Of a DNA stretch of 64,000 nucleotides, positions 11,751 through 19,957 are shown one piece after another (the stretch's first letter is position 1; every line of letters starts with the position of its first letter). The position numbers and the translations under genes were made by a program. Origin of the DNA: an uncultured Dehalococcoidia bacterium (GTDB taxonomy: Bacteria; Chloroflexota; Dehalococcoidia; Lucifugimonadales; UBA2962); contig CAYZES010000001.1 of NCBI GenBank assembly GCA_964477845.1, forward strand, positions 36,426 through 100,425. The letters run 5' to 3'. Under the pieces are notes generated by a model. That model made no database searches. It was given only the letters and a program-made list of their open reading frames with translations, and was not told the origin of the DNA.

Positions 11751-13589
11751 TTACCTGTCCACCTTGAGTATGCTCAGGAAGGCCTCCTGGGGAATCTCGA
11801 CGCGACCGACCTTCTTCATGCGCCTTTTGCCCTCGGCCTGCTTCTCGAGCAGCTTGCGCTTTCGGGTGACGTCGCCGCCGTAACACTTGGCGAGCACGTT
11901 CTTGCGCAGCGCCTTTACGGTCTCGCGCGCAAGGATCTTGTTGCCGATCGCGGCCTGTATGGGCACCTCGAACAGCTGCCGGGGTATCAGGTCCTTGAGT
12001 CGGGCCACCAGGTCGCGGCCCTGCTGGTATGCGGTGTCCCGGTGCGCTATGACAGAGAGCGCATCGACCGGCTCGCCGCTTACGAGTATGTCCACCTTGA
12101 CCAGCTTGCCCGCCCTGTAGTCGGCGAGCGAGTAGTCCATCGACGCATACCCCTGCGTCCTAGACTTGAGCTGGTCTGCGAAATCCACCAGCACCTCGGA
12201 CAGTGGCACCGAGTACTCGAGCATCACCCTCTGGCCCTGCGCAACCGCCAGCCCGCCGCCGCCGGAGTCGCCGCCCTGAACGTACTCCATTCGCCGCATC
12301 GTTCCGCGCCTCCCGGTCACCAGCTCCATCACCGGACCGATATAGCCGTCCGGGACCAGGATAGTAAGGTCCAGCCACGGCTCCCTCACCTCGTCGATGG
12401 TCTGGGGCGCGGGCATGTCGGCCGGGTTGTCCACCTCCAGGACCGTGCCGTCCGTGAGGGCGACGCGGTAGGCGACGCTCGGCGCGGTGGCGAGCAGCGA
12501 CAACCGGTACTCGCGCTCCAGCCGCTCCTGAACTATGTCCATGTGCAAAAGGCCCAGGAATCCACAGCGAAAGCCCGGTCCCAGCGCGACCGACTGCTCC
12601 GGTTCGTAGGCCAGGGCGGCGTCGTTGAGCACCAGCCGCTCAAGGGCCTCGCGAAGGTCGGAGTACTCCTCGCCGTCGGCGGGGTACAGCCCGGCGAAGA
12701 CCATCGGCTTCATGGGCCGGTAGGTCTCCCATGGCTCCGAGGCGCCGTTGGCGGCGACGGTGACGGTGTCGCCCACCGGCGCATCGCCGACGCGCTTGAA
12801 ACCGGTGGCTATGTATCCGACCTCTCCGGTCCGGAGGCCGCCGACAGGTGTCTCCTGGGGGGAAAAGACGCCGATCTCCAGGGACTCGCCCGTGGTGGAC
12901 TTGCCCATGACCCTTATCCTCTCGCCGGACCGGACGGATCCCTCAAAGACCCTGACGTAGGCCATCACTCCCTTGTAGGGGTCGTACTTTGAGTCGAAGA
13001 TCAGGGCCTTCAGTGGAGCTGAGGCCTCTCCGGACGGGGGAGGCACCCTGTCGACGATGGCTTCGAGCAGGCCCCGCACGCCCTCCCCGGTCTTACCGGA
13101 GGCGTAGATCACCTCGTCGGTGTTAAAGCCGAACGTGTCGCAGACCTCGCTTGCCACCCTCTCGGGCTCTGCCGCCGACAGGTCCGTTTTGTTGATGACG
13201 GGGATGATCGACAGGTCCCTGTCCAGGGCCAGGTATACGTTGGCCAGGGTCTGAGCCTGTATCCCCTGGCTCGCGTCCACGACCAGCAGCGCGCCCTCGC
13301 AGGCCGCCAGAGAGCGCGAGACCTCGTAGGTGAAGTCGACGTGCCCGGGGGTGTCGATCAGGTTGAGCTGGTAGGTCCGCCCGGAGTCCGATCTGTAGGA
13401 GAGGCGGACCGCCTGTGCCTTGATCGTAATGCCCCGTTCCCTCTCCAGATCCATCGTGTCCAGGTGCTGCTCGACGAGTTCTCGCGGGTCGACCGCACCG
13501 GTCTCGGCCAGCAGCCGGTCGGCCAGGGTCGACTTGCCGTGATCGATGTGGGCGATGATGCAGAAGTTGCGGATTGCCGAGGCGTCCAT
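11751..13589 (-). CDS. lepA: Translation elongation factor 4
   Basis: [36 protein letters not shown] and the LepA C-terminal domain. 612 aa. Confidence 0.95.
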   Translation of the reverse strand: MDASAIRNFCIIAHIDHGKSTLADRLLAETGAVDPRELVEQHLDTMDLERERGITIKAQAVRLSYRSDSGRTYQLNLIDTPGHVDFTYEVSRSLAACEGALLVVDASQGIQAQTLANVYLALDRDLSIIPVINKTDLSAAEPERVASEVCDTFGFNTDEVIYASGKTGEGVRGLLEAIVDRVPPPSGEASAPLKALIFDSKYDPYKGVMAYVRVFEGSVRSGERIRVMGKSTTGESLEIGVFSPQETPVGGLRTGEVGYIATGFKRVGDAPVGDTVTVAANGASEPWETYRPMKPMVFAGLYPADGEEYSDLREALERLVLNDAALAYEPEQSVALGPGFRCGFLGLLHMDIVQERLEREYRLSLLATAPSVAYRVALTDGTVLEVDNPADMPAPQTIDEVREPWLDLTILVPDGYIGPVMELVTGRRGTMRRMEYVQGGDSGGGGLAVAQGQRVMLEYSVPLSEVLVDFADQLKSRTQGYASMDYSLADYRAGKLVKVDILVSGEPVDALSVIAHRDTAYQQGRDLVARLKDLIPRQLFEVPIQAAIGNKILARETVKALRKNVLAKCYGGDVTRKRKLLEKQAEGKRRMKKVGRVEIPQEAFLSILKVDR

Positions 13590-13763
13590 GCCATTTGAGT
13601 ATACCAGCGAAGCGTCCGGCGGTATCCGCCTTCCACCCCTTGGGCATGGGGCTTACGTTGATGTATTGGGTGTCGGGTACTTGTGGTAGGATGCGCCTCG
13701 CCGTCGCGGGACGAGGTGCCCGGTCGGCCGGAAATTAGAGACGACCTTCAGAAGGAGGAGCAC

Positions 13764-14210
13764 ATGTCTGTGGTAAGGAGAGCGGAGGCGGTCTGGTACG
13801 GCGACCTGATGGCTGGAAACGGAGAGGTTAGCGCGGCCAGCAGCGGGGCGTTTACGGATCTTCCGGTGAGCTGGGCGGCCCGTTCAGACCAGCCCGGCGG
13901 TAAGACGAGCCCGGAGGAGTTGGTCGCGGCCGCACATGCGAGCTGCTTTTGCATGGCGCTGTCCGCGGGCCTCGGAGGCGCAGGGACGCCGCCTGAGCGC
14001 CTTTCGGTGAGCGCTGAGGTCACCTTCGCGCCCAAAGAGGGCGGGGGCTTCTTCGTTAAGTCGAGCGCCCTCAGGGTCGCCGGCAAGGTCCCCGGCATAG
14101 ACCAGGCCACCTTTGCCAAGGCGGCCGAGGGGGCCAAGGACGGGTGCCCGATCTCCGGCGCGATGAAGGGCAATGTGGACCTCAGCGTGGAGGCTTCTCT
14201 GGAGCAGTAG
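13764..14210 (+). CDS. OsmC/Ohr-family peroxiredoxin-like protein
   Basis: ATG 13764 is preceded by GAAGGAGGAG. WYGDLMAGNGEVS, paired Cys context HASCFCMAL and DGCPISGA. Confidence 0.85.
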   Translation: MSVVRRAEAVWYGDLMAGNGEVSAASSGAFTDLPVSWAARSDQPGGKTSPEELVAAAHASCFCMALSAGLGGAGTPPERLSVSAEVTFAPKEGGGFFVKSSALRVAGKVPGIDQATFAKAAEGAKDGCPISGAMKGNVDLSVEASLEQ

Positions 14211-14310
14211 CAGGGAGCGTCAGTACGGCACTGGATCTCCCTGAGATTGTCCTTCAGCGGCCACATGCCGCCAGGGCTGCCGATGGGTTGGAGAGAGAGG
14301 ATCTAATTAC

Positions 14311-14889
14311 ATGAGTATCCAGGTCGAATCCCAGGACGCCCCGCACATTACCGGAGAGACCGTATACGAGGCGGAGTTCGATACCCGGCTGATCGGCTAC
14401 AGCGCCTGGCTCATCTCGCTGTTTCTCGCCATCAGCGTGGTCGGGGTGCTGCTCATACCCTTCTGGCTGGCGGTAAGCGGCTGGTACGGCCGCGAATTCT
14501 TGCGGCGCGTGTCGGCGCGCGTTACGACCCAGGCGGTGGAGATTCGCAAGGGGGTGTTCTTCCGCAAGGAGGCGACTATTCCGCTGAACAGGATCACCGA
14601 CGTTCGCCTGCACGACGACCCGCTGATGCGCTTCTTCGGGCTGCGGGGCCTGAGGGTCGAGACCGCCGGACAATCCGGTCCGCAGGCCGGCAGCGAGGGG
14701 GATCTTGTCGGGGTAATCGACGCCGTTGAGATGCGCAACGCGATCCTCCTTCAGCGCCAGCAGGTCCTCGATCCCGGTGGGGAGCCCACCGCCCCGAAGG
14801 CGACACCGGAGGAATCAACGCACGTCCTTACGGAGATCCGCGACATCCTGGCGCGGATCGAAGAGCGCCTTCAATCGAGGGACGGCTAG
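14311..14889 (+). CDS. Bacterial PH-domain (bPH_2, YdbS-like) membrane protein
   Basis: Two N-terminal TM spans, then VEIRKGVFFRKEATIPLNRITDVRLHDDPLMRFFGLRGLRVETAG. Confidence 0.75.
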   Translation: MSIQVESQDAPHITGETVYEAEFDTRLIGYSAWLISLFLAISVVGVLLIPFWLAVSGWYGREFLRRVSARVTTQAVEIRKGVFFRKEATIPLNRITDVRLHDDPLMRFFGLRGLRVETAGQSGPQAGSEGDLVGVIDAVEMRNAILLQRQQVLDPGGEPTAPKATPEESTHVLTEIRDILARIEERLQSRDG

Positions 14890-14983
14890 GTCCGGCGGAC
14901 TTCGATCGTGGCGCGCCCCGCGGATCGCGGAGGCCGTGCCTGGTGCGGCTCCTTTAGCGCCGCGGGGGCGAGGACCTGGGGTC

Positions 14984-14992
14984 TGCTAGAAT
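14984..14992 (+). promoter_or_regulatory. Candidate extended -10 promoter element TGCTAGAAT upstream of the ADH gene
   Basis: TGnTAnnnT pattern 150 nt upstream of ATG 15142. Near-identical TGCTAGACT occurs at 62314-62322, TGCTACAAT at 27971-27979 and TGGTAGGAT at 13684-13692, all intergenic and facing a gene. Confidence 0.4.
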
Positions 14993-15141
14993 CTGCTCGC
15001 ATGCGGCCTGCGAGCCGCATTGGGGCGGCCTTCTGACCGGCCCTGACACAGCGCTTTCCCAACACATCTGGCCTCGCAGTCCAGGGCCCGGTAGGCCATG
15101 GACCGGCGGAATCCCGACTATACCCCAGGAGGTAGAGATCG

Positions 15142-16227
15142 ATGGCAAACCAGGTCAGCGGAGTGATAGCCATGTCGGCCGGCGCCCCGGTCACGCTCGA
15201 GGAAATCATGGTGCCCGACCCGGGCCCCGGAGAGGCGCTGGTCAGGGTGCAGGCGTGCGGAGTATGCCACACCGACCTTCACTACCGTCAGGGAGCCATA
15301 AACGATGAGTTCCCGTTCCTGCTCGGGCACGAGGCCGCCGGGATCGTGCAGGAGGTCGGAGACGGCGTGACCAACCTTGCCCCGGGCGATTTCGTGATCA
15401 TCGCCTGGCGCGCTCCCTGCGGAGACTGCCGGTCCTGTCTGAGAGGCAGGCCCTGGTACTGCTTTGCCTCCATGAACGCCGCCCAGAAGATGACTCTCGC
15501 CGACGGGAGTCCGTTGTCGCCGGCCCTCGGGATAGGCGCCTTCACCGAGCTTTCCCTGGTCCACTCCGGTCAGGCGGTGAAGGTCGATCCGGCGGCTTCC
15601 GCCGCGGCCGCCGGGCTCGTAGGGTGCGGGGTTATGGCCGGTCTGGGAGCCGCGGTCAACACCGGGGGCGTGACGCGGGGCGACTCGGTCGCGGTCTTCG
15701 GCTGCGGAGGCGTCGGCGATGCGGCGATAGCGGGGTCGCGCCTTGCCGGCGCGCACACCATAATCGCCGTCGACATAGACGACAGGAAGCTCGAGTGGGC
15801 AAAGGGATTTGGAGCCACGCATACGATCAATTCGACAGATATCGACCCGGTGGAGGCCATACGCGATCTGACCGGCGGCAACGGAGTGGACGTGGCAATT
15901 GAGGCGGTCGGCAATCCCGTGACCTACGAGCAGGCGTTCTTTTCCCGGGACCACGCGGGAACCGTGGTGCTCGTCGGCGTCCCGAACCCGGATATGAGGA
16001 TCGACCTGCCGCTGATAGAGGTGTTCGGAAGGGGTGGGTCCCTTAAGTCATCCTGGTATGGAGACTGCCTGCCAACGAGGGATTTCCCACTGTTTATAGA
16101 CCTGTACATGCAGGGGCGCCTCGACCTGGACGGATTCGTCTCCGAGACGATCGCTCTGGGAGATGTCGAGGAGTCGTTCGCCAAGATGGAGCGCGGAGAG
16201 GTGCTGCGGTCCGTCGTAGTCATGTGA
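15142..16227 (+). CDS. Class III zinc alcohol dehydrogenase, S-(hydroxymethyl)mycothiol/glutathione dehydrogenase-like
   Basis: SD AGGAGG upstream. [51 protein letters not shown]. Confidence 0.85.
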   Translation: MANQVSGVIAMSAGAPVTLEEIMVPDPGPGEALVRVQACGVCHTDLHYRQGAINDEFPFLLGHEAAGIVQEVGDGVTNLAPGDFVIIAWRAPCGDCRSCLRGRPWYCFASMNAAQKMTLADGSPLSPALGIGAFTELSLVHSGQAVKVDPAASAAAAGLVGCGVMAGLGAAVNTGGVTRGDSVAVFGCGGVGDAAIAGSRLAGAHTIIAVDIDDRKLEWAKGFGATHTINSTDIDPVEAIRDLTGGNGVDVAIEAVGNPVTYEQAFFSRDHAGTVVLVGVPNPDMRIDLPLIEVFGRGGSLKSSWYGDCLPTRDFPLFIDLYMQGRLDLDGFVSETIALGDVEESFAKMERGEVLRSVVVM

Positions 16228-16684
16228 AGTCCCGCAGGAGCCCACGGTGAGCACCGGGACGTTCCGTCCAATTGTGGGCTCAACGGCCCTTCGCCCAATG
16301 CGCAAACGGTGGACGGCTCACTCTGGAGGTCTGATCCGCTGCAGCCGGGTCGCGACGCGGCCCGTGCTGCGATCGTCTCCAGTGAGACCGTCAGGCGGTG
16401 CCTGTCGGACCCTCCCAGGGTCATCGGCACGATCGCAGCGTCCATAGCCTCCGGAACCGCGACCGTCGTCCTCCGGTGCGAACATGCTGAAGGTGACGTG
16501 GGGCGGCTCCCCTCCGCGCCCGGGCAGGGTGCTGGCATAGGGGACCTGCGTGCGTCCATCGCGCTCGGCCTAACGAAGACCGGGATGGATCACGGAGCCA
16601 ACGGGAGGCCCGTGAAACCGTAGAGGGCTTACGCCAGCCGCTTAGCCCCGGTGGCCTTCAGGGTCTGACGTACAGGAAACTGCC

Positions 16685-16739
16685 AGCGCCCGTTCTCCCC
16701 TGCGGCCGAAACATCGGGCCGCAGGGGAGAACGGGCGCT
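16685..16739. repeat. Perfect 23-bp inverted repeat (AGCGCCCGTTCTCCCCTGCGGCC / GGCCGCAGGGGAGAACGGGCGCT), 9-nt spacer
   Basis: Arms at 16685-16707 and 16717-16739, read directly from the sequence. There is no clear U-tract on either strand. Confidence 0.6.
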
Positions 16740-16773
16740 CAGATTGGCAGGCTAGATTCGCTTAAGAAAGGTC

Positions 16774-16804
16774 GGCCCCTCCAGTTGCACCTTCTGGAGG
16801 GGCC
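16774..16804 (-). terminator. Intrinsic terminator candidate for the His-rich ORF
   Basis: 11-bp GC stem GGCCCCTCCAG/CTGGAGGGGCC with a 9-nt loop, 9 nt after the minus-strand stop, followed on the minus strand by GACCTTTCTTAAG. Confidence 0.6.
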
Positions 16805-16812
16805 ACCGATGT

Positions 16813-17040
16813 CTAATGTCCGTGGTGTTCGTGGTCGTCGCACTCGTGCTGGTCGTGCACGTGCCCAGCGTCATCGCCGTGGTGTTCGTGGTCGTCGCAC
16901 TCATGCTCGGTGTGCTCGGCGTGATGTTCGTGGGTATCGCACTCGTGCTCGTCATGCACGTGCCCAGCCTCATCGGCGTGGTGCTCGTGGGTATCGCACT
17001 CGTGCTGGTCGTGTTCGTGGGCCATATGCTCCTCCATCAA
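16813..17040 (-). CDS. Histidine/cysteine/acidic repeat micro-protein, putative metal-binding (Hpn-like by composition)
   Basis: 75 codons: 25 His, 4 Cys, 27 Asp/Glu. Four HECD(T/D)HEHH repeats. C/G-ending codons (CAC, GAG, GAC). GGAGGAG sits at the 5' end, so the start may be ATG 17037 or 17025. A minus-strand terminator hairpin lies downstream. An equally long antisense ORF exists, so the strand call is not certain. Confidence 0.6.
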   Translation of the reverse strand: MMEEHMAHEHDQHECDTHEHHADEAGHVHDEHECDTHEHHAEHTEHECDDHEHHGDDAGHVHDQHECDDHEHHGH

Positions 17041-17580
17041 AGCTCTTTTTGCTGCAGGTTGCTACAGCTAGTGGTCTCACCACTGTTCATACTTACACAC
17101 CATGAGTTTACCAGACAACCCCCTGCCAATCTCGTGTTGTTTGGCGCAACAACTAGCCACGAACGGGAGATGGAACCGGTCGTCTTTAGGTTGGAAGACG
17201 AAGACCCTACATTCGCTCGAAGGGGTACAGTATTGGATCTATATGAGAGCCAGTATCACAACAATCAGGCCTGATAATGTTCCTTCTTCTTGCCCGAGTT
17301 CCTTGCCTTGATTTTGAGCCTCAGCGACTTGTTTTTCGGATGATGATATACAGTCGCAATAGGCGATCAGTTACGGCAGGTAATTGGACCGCGGGTCCTG
17401 CCGATCAACGCAGGCATGCGGAGGATTGCTGCTGTGCCGTTGAGTAGGATTCAGCTACATGGCCCTGGACGGGGACCCGAATCCGGCGCATGGGCTAGCG
17501 GGGCGGCTTGACGCAACTCGCCTGACCGGTACATGATCAGCCCGCGTGTCACAGACATCTCCGGGGCGGGAGCATCTGCG

Positions 17581-18984
17581 GTGACCAGCTACGACTATGA
17601 CATGGTCGTGATCGGGTCCGGCCCTGCCGGACAGATGGCGGCCATCCAGGCATCAAGGTTCGGCGGGCGCGTGGCCGTGGTCGAGAAACTCGGGGACGTT
17701 GGCGGCGTGAGCGTCAACACGGGAACCGCGAGCAAGACCCTGCGCGAGGCCGTTCTTCACTTTACCGGCCACCGGGAGCGCAAGGTCTACGGCAGGTCGT
17801 ATTCGGTCAAGCGGAACGTCACTATGGCCGACCTTATGGAAAGGGCCCGGTACGTGATGCGGCAGGAGGTGGATATCCTGCGCGGACGCCTCGCCGCAAG
17901 CAGGGTGGAGATGATAGAGGCCGAGGCCTCGTTCGTGGATCGCCACACCATTCGGCTCCGGGCCGACGGTGGAAGAACGAACCGCACCATCAATATCGAT
18001 AAGGCGGTAATAGCGGTCGGGGCGTTTTCCACCAGGCCACCCGTGGTTCATGCGGACGGGAGGCTCATATTCGTTAGCGACGACGTCCTTAACCTGCCCG
18101 AGTTGCCCCGCAAGCTGACCATCGTCGGGGCCGGATCGATCGGCCTGGAGTACTGTGGCACCTTTGCAACCCTGGGGGTGCGCGTCACGCTGGTGGACAA
18201 GGAGGCGCGGCTGCTGCCTTTCGCCGACAGAGAGATCAGCGACACCCTTGCCTACCACCTTCGCCAGACGGGCGTGACACTGCGCCTGAGCGAAGAGGTT
18301 TTTGACATCGAATACCTCAGGGATGAACTCGGCGACAGGGTGCGCGTGCTTCTTGATAGCGGAAAGCAGATAGTTAGTGATGCCGTAATGTACTGCGTCG
18401 GCAGGACGGGAGCCACCGAGTCGCTGGGGCTCGAGGCGGTGGGCATAATTTCCGATGAACGGGGCCGCCTGAGCGTCGACGACAACTACCAGACCAACGT
18501 AGAGGGCGTCTATGCGGTCGGCGGAGTCATCGGGTTTCCGGACCTTGCCTCGACCTCCAAGCTCCAGGGTCGTCTGGCCGCCTGCCACGCGTTTGGAGTC
18601 CCCTCAAGCGGATTCCCCGCCCTCTACCCGTACACCGTCAAGACCGTGCCCGAGGTGGCGATGGTGGGAAAGACGGAGGACCAGCTCACCGGCGAGGGTG
18701 TTCCCTACGAGGTGGGCAAGGCACTGTACAGGGAAACCATCAGCAGCGTCATACAGGGCGACGACGTCGGCCTCCTTAAGCTGCTGTTCGATCCCGATAC
18801 CCGCAGGCTGCTGGGCGTTCACACGATCGGGGACGGCGCGGCCGAACTGATACACGTCGGGCAGGCCGTGATCGCGCACGGCGGCACGATCGACTACTTC
18901 CTGGAGTCCGTGATCGGTTGTCCCACGCTGGTCGAATGCTATGCGGACGCCGCCATGAACGGCGTGAGCCGACTCACGCCATAG
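17581..18984 (+). CDS. sthA: Soluble pyridine nucleotide transhydrogenase-like flavoprotein
   Basis: VTSYDYDMVVIGSGPAG matches the E. coli SthA N-terminus (SYDYDAIVIGSGPGG). GGVSVNTGTASKTLREA lacks the CxxxxC disulfide, as in SthA. C-terminal CPTLVECYADAAMNG. I prefer GTG 17581 because TTGACG(17508)-N18-CATGAT covers the track start 17533. Confidence 0.8.
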   Translation: MTSYDYDMVVIGSGPAGQMAAIQASRFGGRVAVVEKLGDVGGVSVNTGTASKTLREAVLHFTGHRERKVYGRSYSVKRNVTMADLMERARYVMRQEVDILRGRLAASRVEMIEAEASFVDRHTIRLRADGGRTNRTINIDKAVIAVGAFSTRPPVVHADGRLIFVSDDVLNLPELPRKLTIVGAGSIGLEYCGTFATLGVRVTLVDKEARLLPFADREISDTLAYHLRQTGVTLRLSEEVFDIEYLRDELGDRVRVLLDSGKQIVSDAVMYCVGRTGATESLGLEAVGIISDERGRLSVDDNYQTNVEGVYAVGGVIGFPDLASTSKLQGRLAACHAFGVPSSGFPALYPYTVKTVPEVAMVGKTEDQLTGEGVPYEVGKALYRETISSVIQGDDVGLLKLLFDPDTRRLLGVHTIGDGAAELIHVGQAVIAHGGTIDYFLESVIGCPTLVECYADAAMNGVSRLTP

Positions 18985-19321
18985 GCTAGGCCGCACCGAA
19001 TGCGGGGCCTAACGGGCCCTGGTAGGAGTAGGAGGGGACGGCGGAAGCTGCGGACGCGCGGGCAGTACGGCGTTCGGACATGACCCGGTCGTCACCGCTG
19101 AGACCCGTCTCGTTAGGTCTCGCACCATCCCGGTGCCGGAGGCAACTGCGGTCAGCATTTCCGCCCAGTAGGTAAGCCGGCAGTTGAGCCGGCACGTTTG
19201 CGCCGGGGTGGTGCGTTTGGTCAGTGGCAGAATTCATCGCGGCAAAGGCGCGGTGTCGAGTTTGACGCGCAAAACAGATCACCGATAGGATGTGGGCTCC
19301 GCATTCACCGCTGAGGGTGCC

Positions 19322-19327
19322 TATAAT
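19322..19327 (+). promoter_or_regulatory. Perfect TATAAT -10 box 7 nt upstream of the zur ATG (leaderless-type start)
   Basis: cCTATAATCCAGGTCATG with no SD. The same geometry occurs at 26345 (TATAATCCAGCAGACATG) and 48688 (TACACTTGCGCCTATG). Confidence 0.5.
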
Positions 19328-19334
19328 CCAGGTC

Positions 19335-19772
19335 ATGACAACGCCGCCCACCGCCTCTCGCCCGGATATGATGGCCGTCCTCGAGGATCGCGGTTATCGA
19401 TCCACAGCCCCTAGGAGAGCGATCATCCGAATCCTGGAGGGCAAGCAGGAAGGCTTTACCGCGGACGAGATCGGCAGTGAACTGCCCGGGGTAGGCAGGG
19501 CGACGATCTTCCGGACCATAAAGCTCCTCATGGAGGTAGGCGTCATATGCAGGCTGAACCTCCTCGACGGCGCTCCCAAGTACAGCCTGTCGCGCATTGA
19601 GCACCATCACCACACGGTATGCGTCAGGTGCGGCATAGTCGGGGAATTTCGGGCCACTACCTTTGAGCGCTTGCTTCGGAGCTTGGGCACCGATATTCCC
19701 GGCGAGATAATGGGTCACCGGATCGAGCTCTACGTCATCTGTGACCGCTGCGTCGAGGGCGAGACCAGCTAG
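19335..19772 (+). CDS. zur: Fur-family metalloregulator, probably Zur
   Basis: Winged-helix RSTAPRRAIIRILEG...FTADEI, then HHHHTVCVRCG ... CDRC. It sits immediately upstream of a znuACB-like operon. The Zur-versus-Fur assignment is by context only. Confidence 0.75.
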   Translation: MTTPPTASRPDMMAVLEDRGYRSTAPRRAIIRILEGKQEGFTADEIGSELPGVGRATIFRTIKLLMEVGVICRLNLLDGAPKYSLSRIEHHHHTVCVRCGIVGEFRATTFERLLRSLGTDIPGEIMGHRIELYVICDRCVEGETS

Positions 19773-19957
19773 GGACAATCCAGGGCAAAAGTGACGATTT
19801 ACCCTGGCCTGCGTTGAGACCTATTATCATCGACTAGACAACCGCATTTTGTCGATTTCGCGTCGCTCAAGATTGAGACAAATTATCAAAGGACTGGATG
19901 CGCAATTGACCTCTTCTGAGGCAAGCCCATAGATCGCTAACAGGGAGACTCTGACTG

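Noticed and set aside
16309-16623. 104-aa plus-strand ORF in the gap after the ADH gene
   Set aside because: It has moderately high GC3 but a GTG start without an SD, no recognisable motif, and competing antisense ORFs of similar length. That is not enough support to call a gene.
16816-17274. 152-aa plus-strand ORF (Val/Leu-rich, looks like 3 TM helices) exactly antisense to the His-rich ORF
   Set aside because: It is the codon-aligned complement of the His/Glu/Asp repeats (GTG/CTC/GTC), so its hydrophobicity and GC3 are automatic. Its last 230 nt run into AT-rich DNA with poor codon usage. The nearest GGAGG is about 14 nt from its ATG, and the terminator-like hairpin plus T-tract is oriented for the minus strand. 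It cannot be fully excluded without strand-specific data.
18985-19334. 350-bp sthA-zur spacer and the 121-aa minus-strand ORF 18986-19351 as a possible gene or sRNA
   Set aside because: The ORF has no SD and no protein-like composition. Only short hairpins are present (GCCGGC-agttga-GCCGGC), and I recognised no conserved RNA motif.
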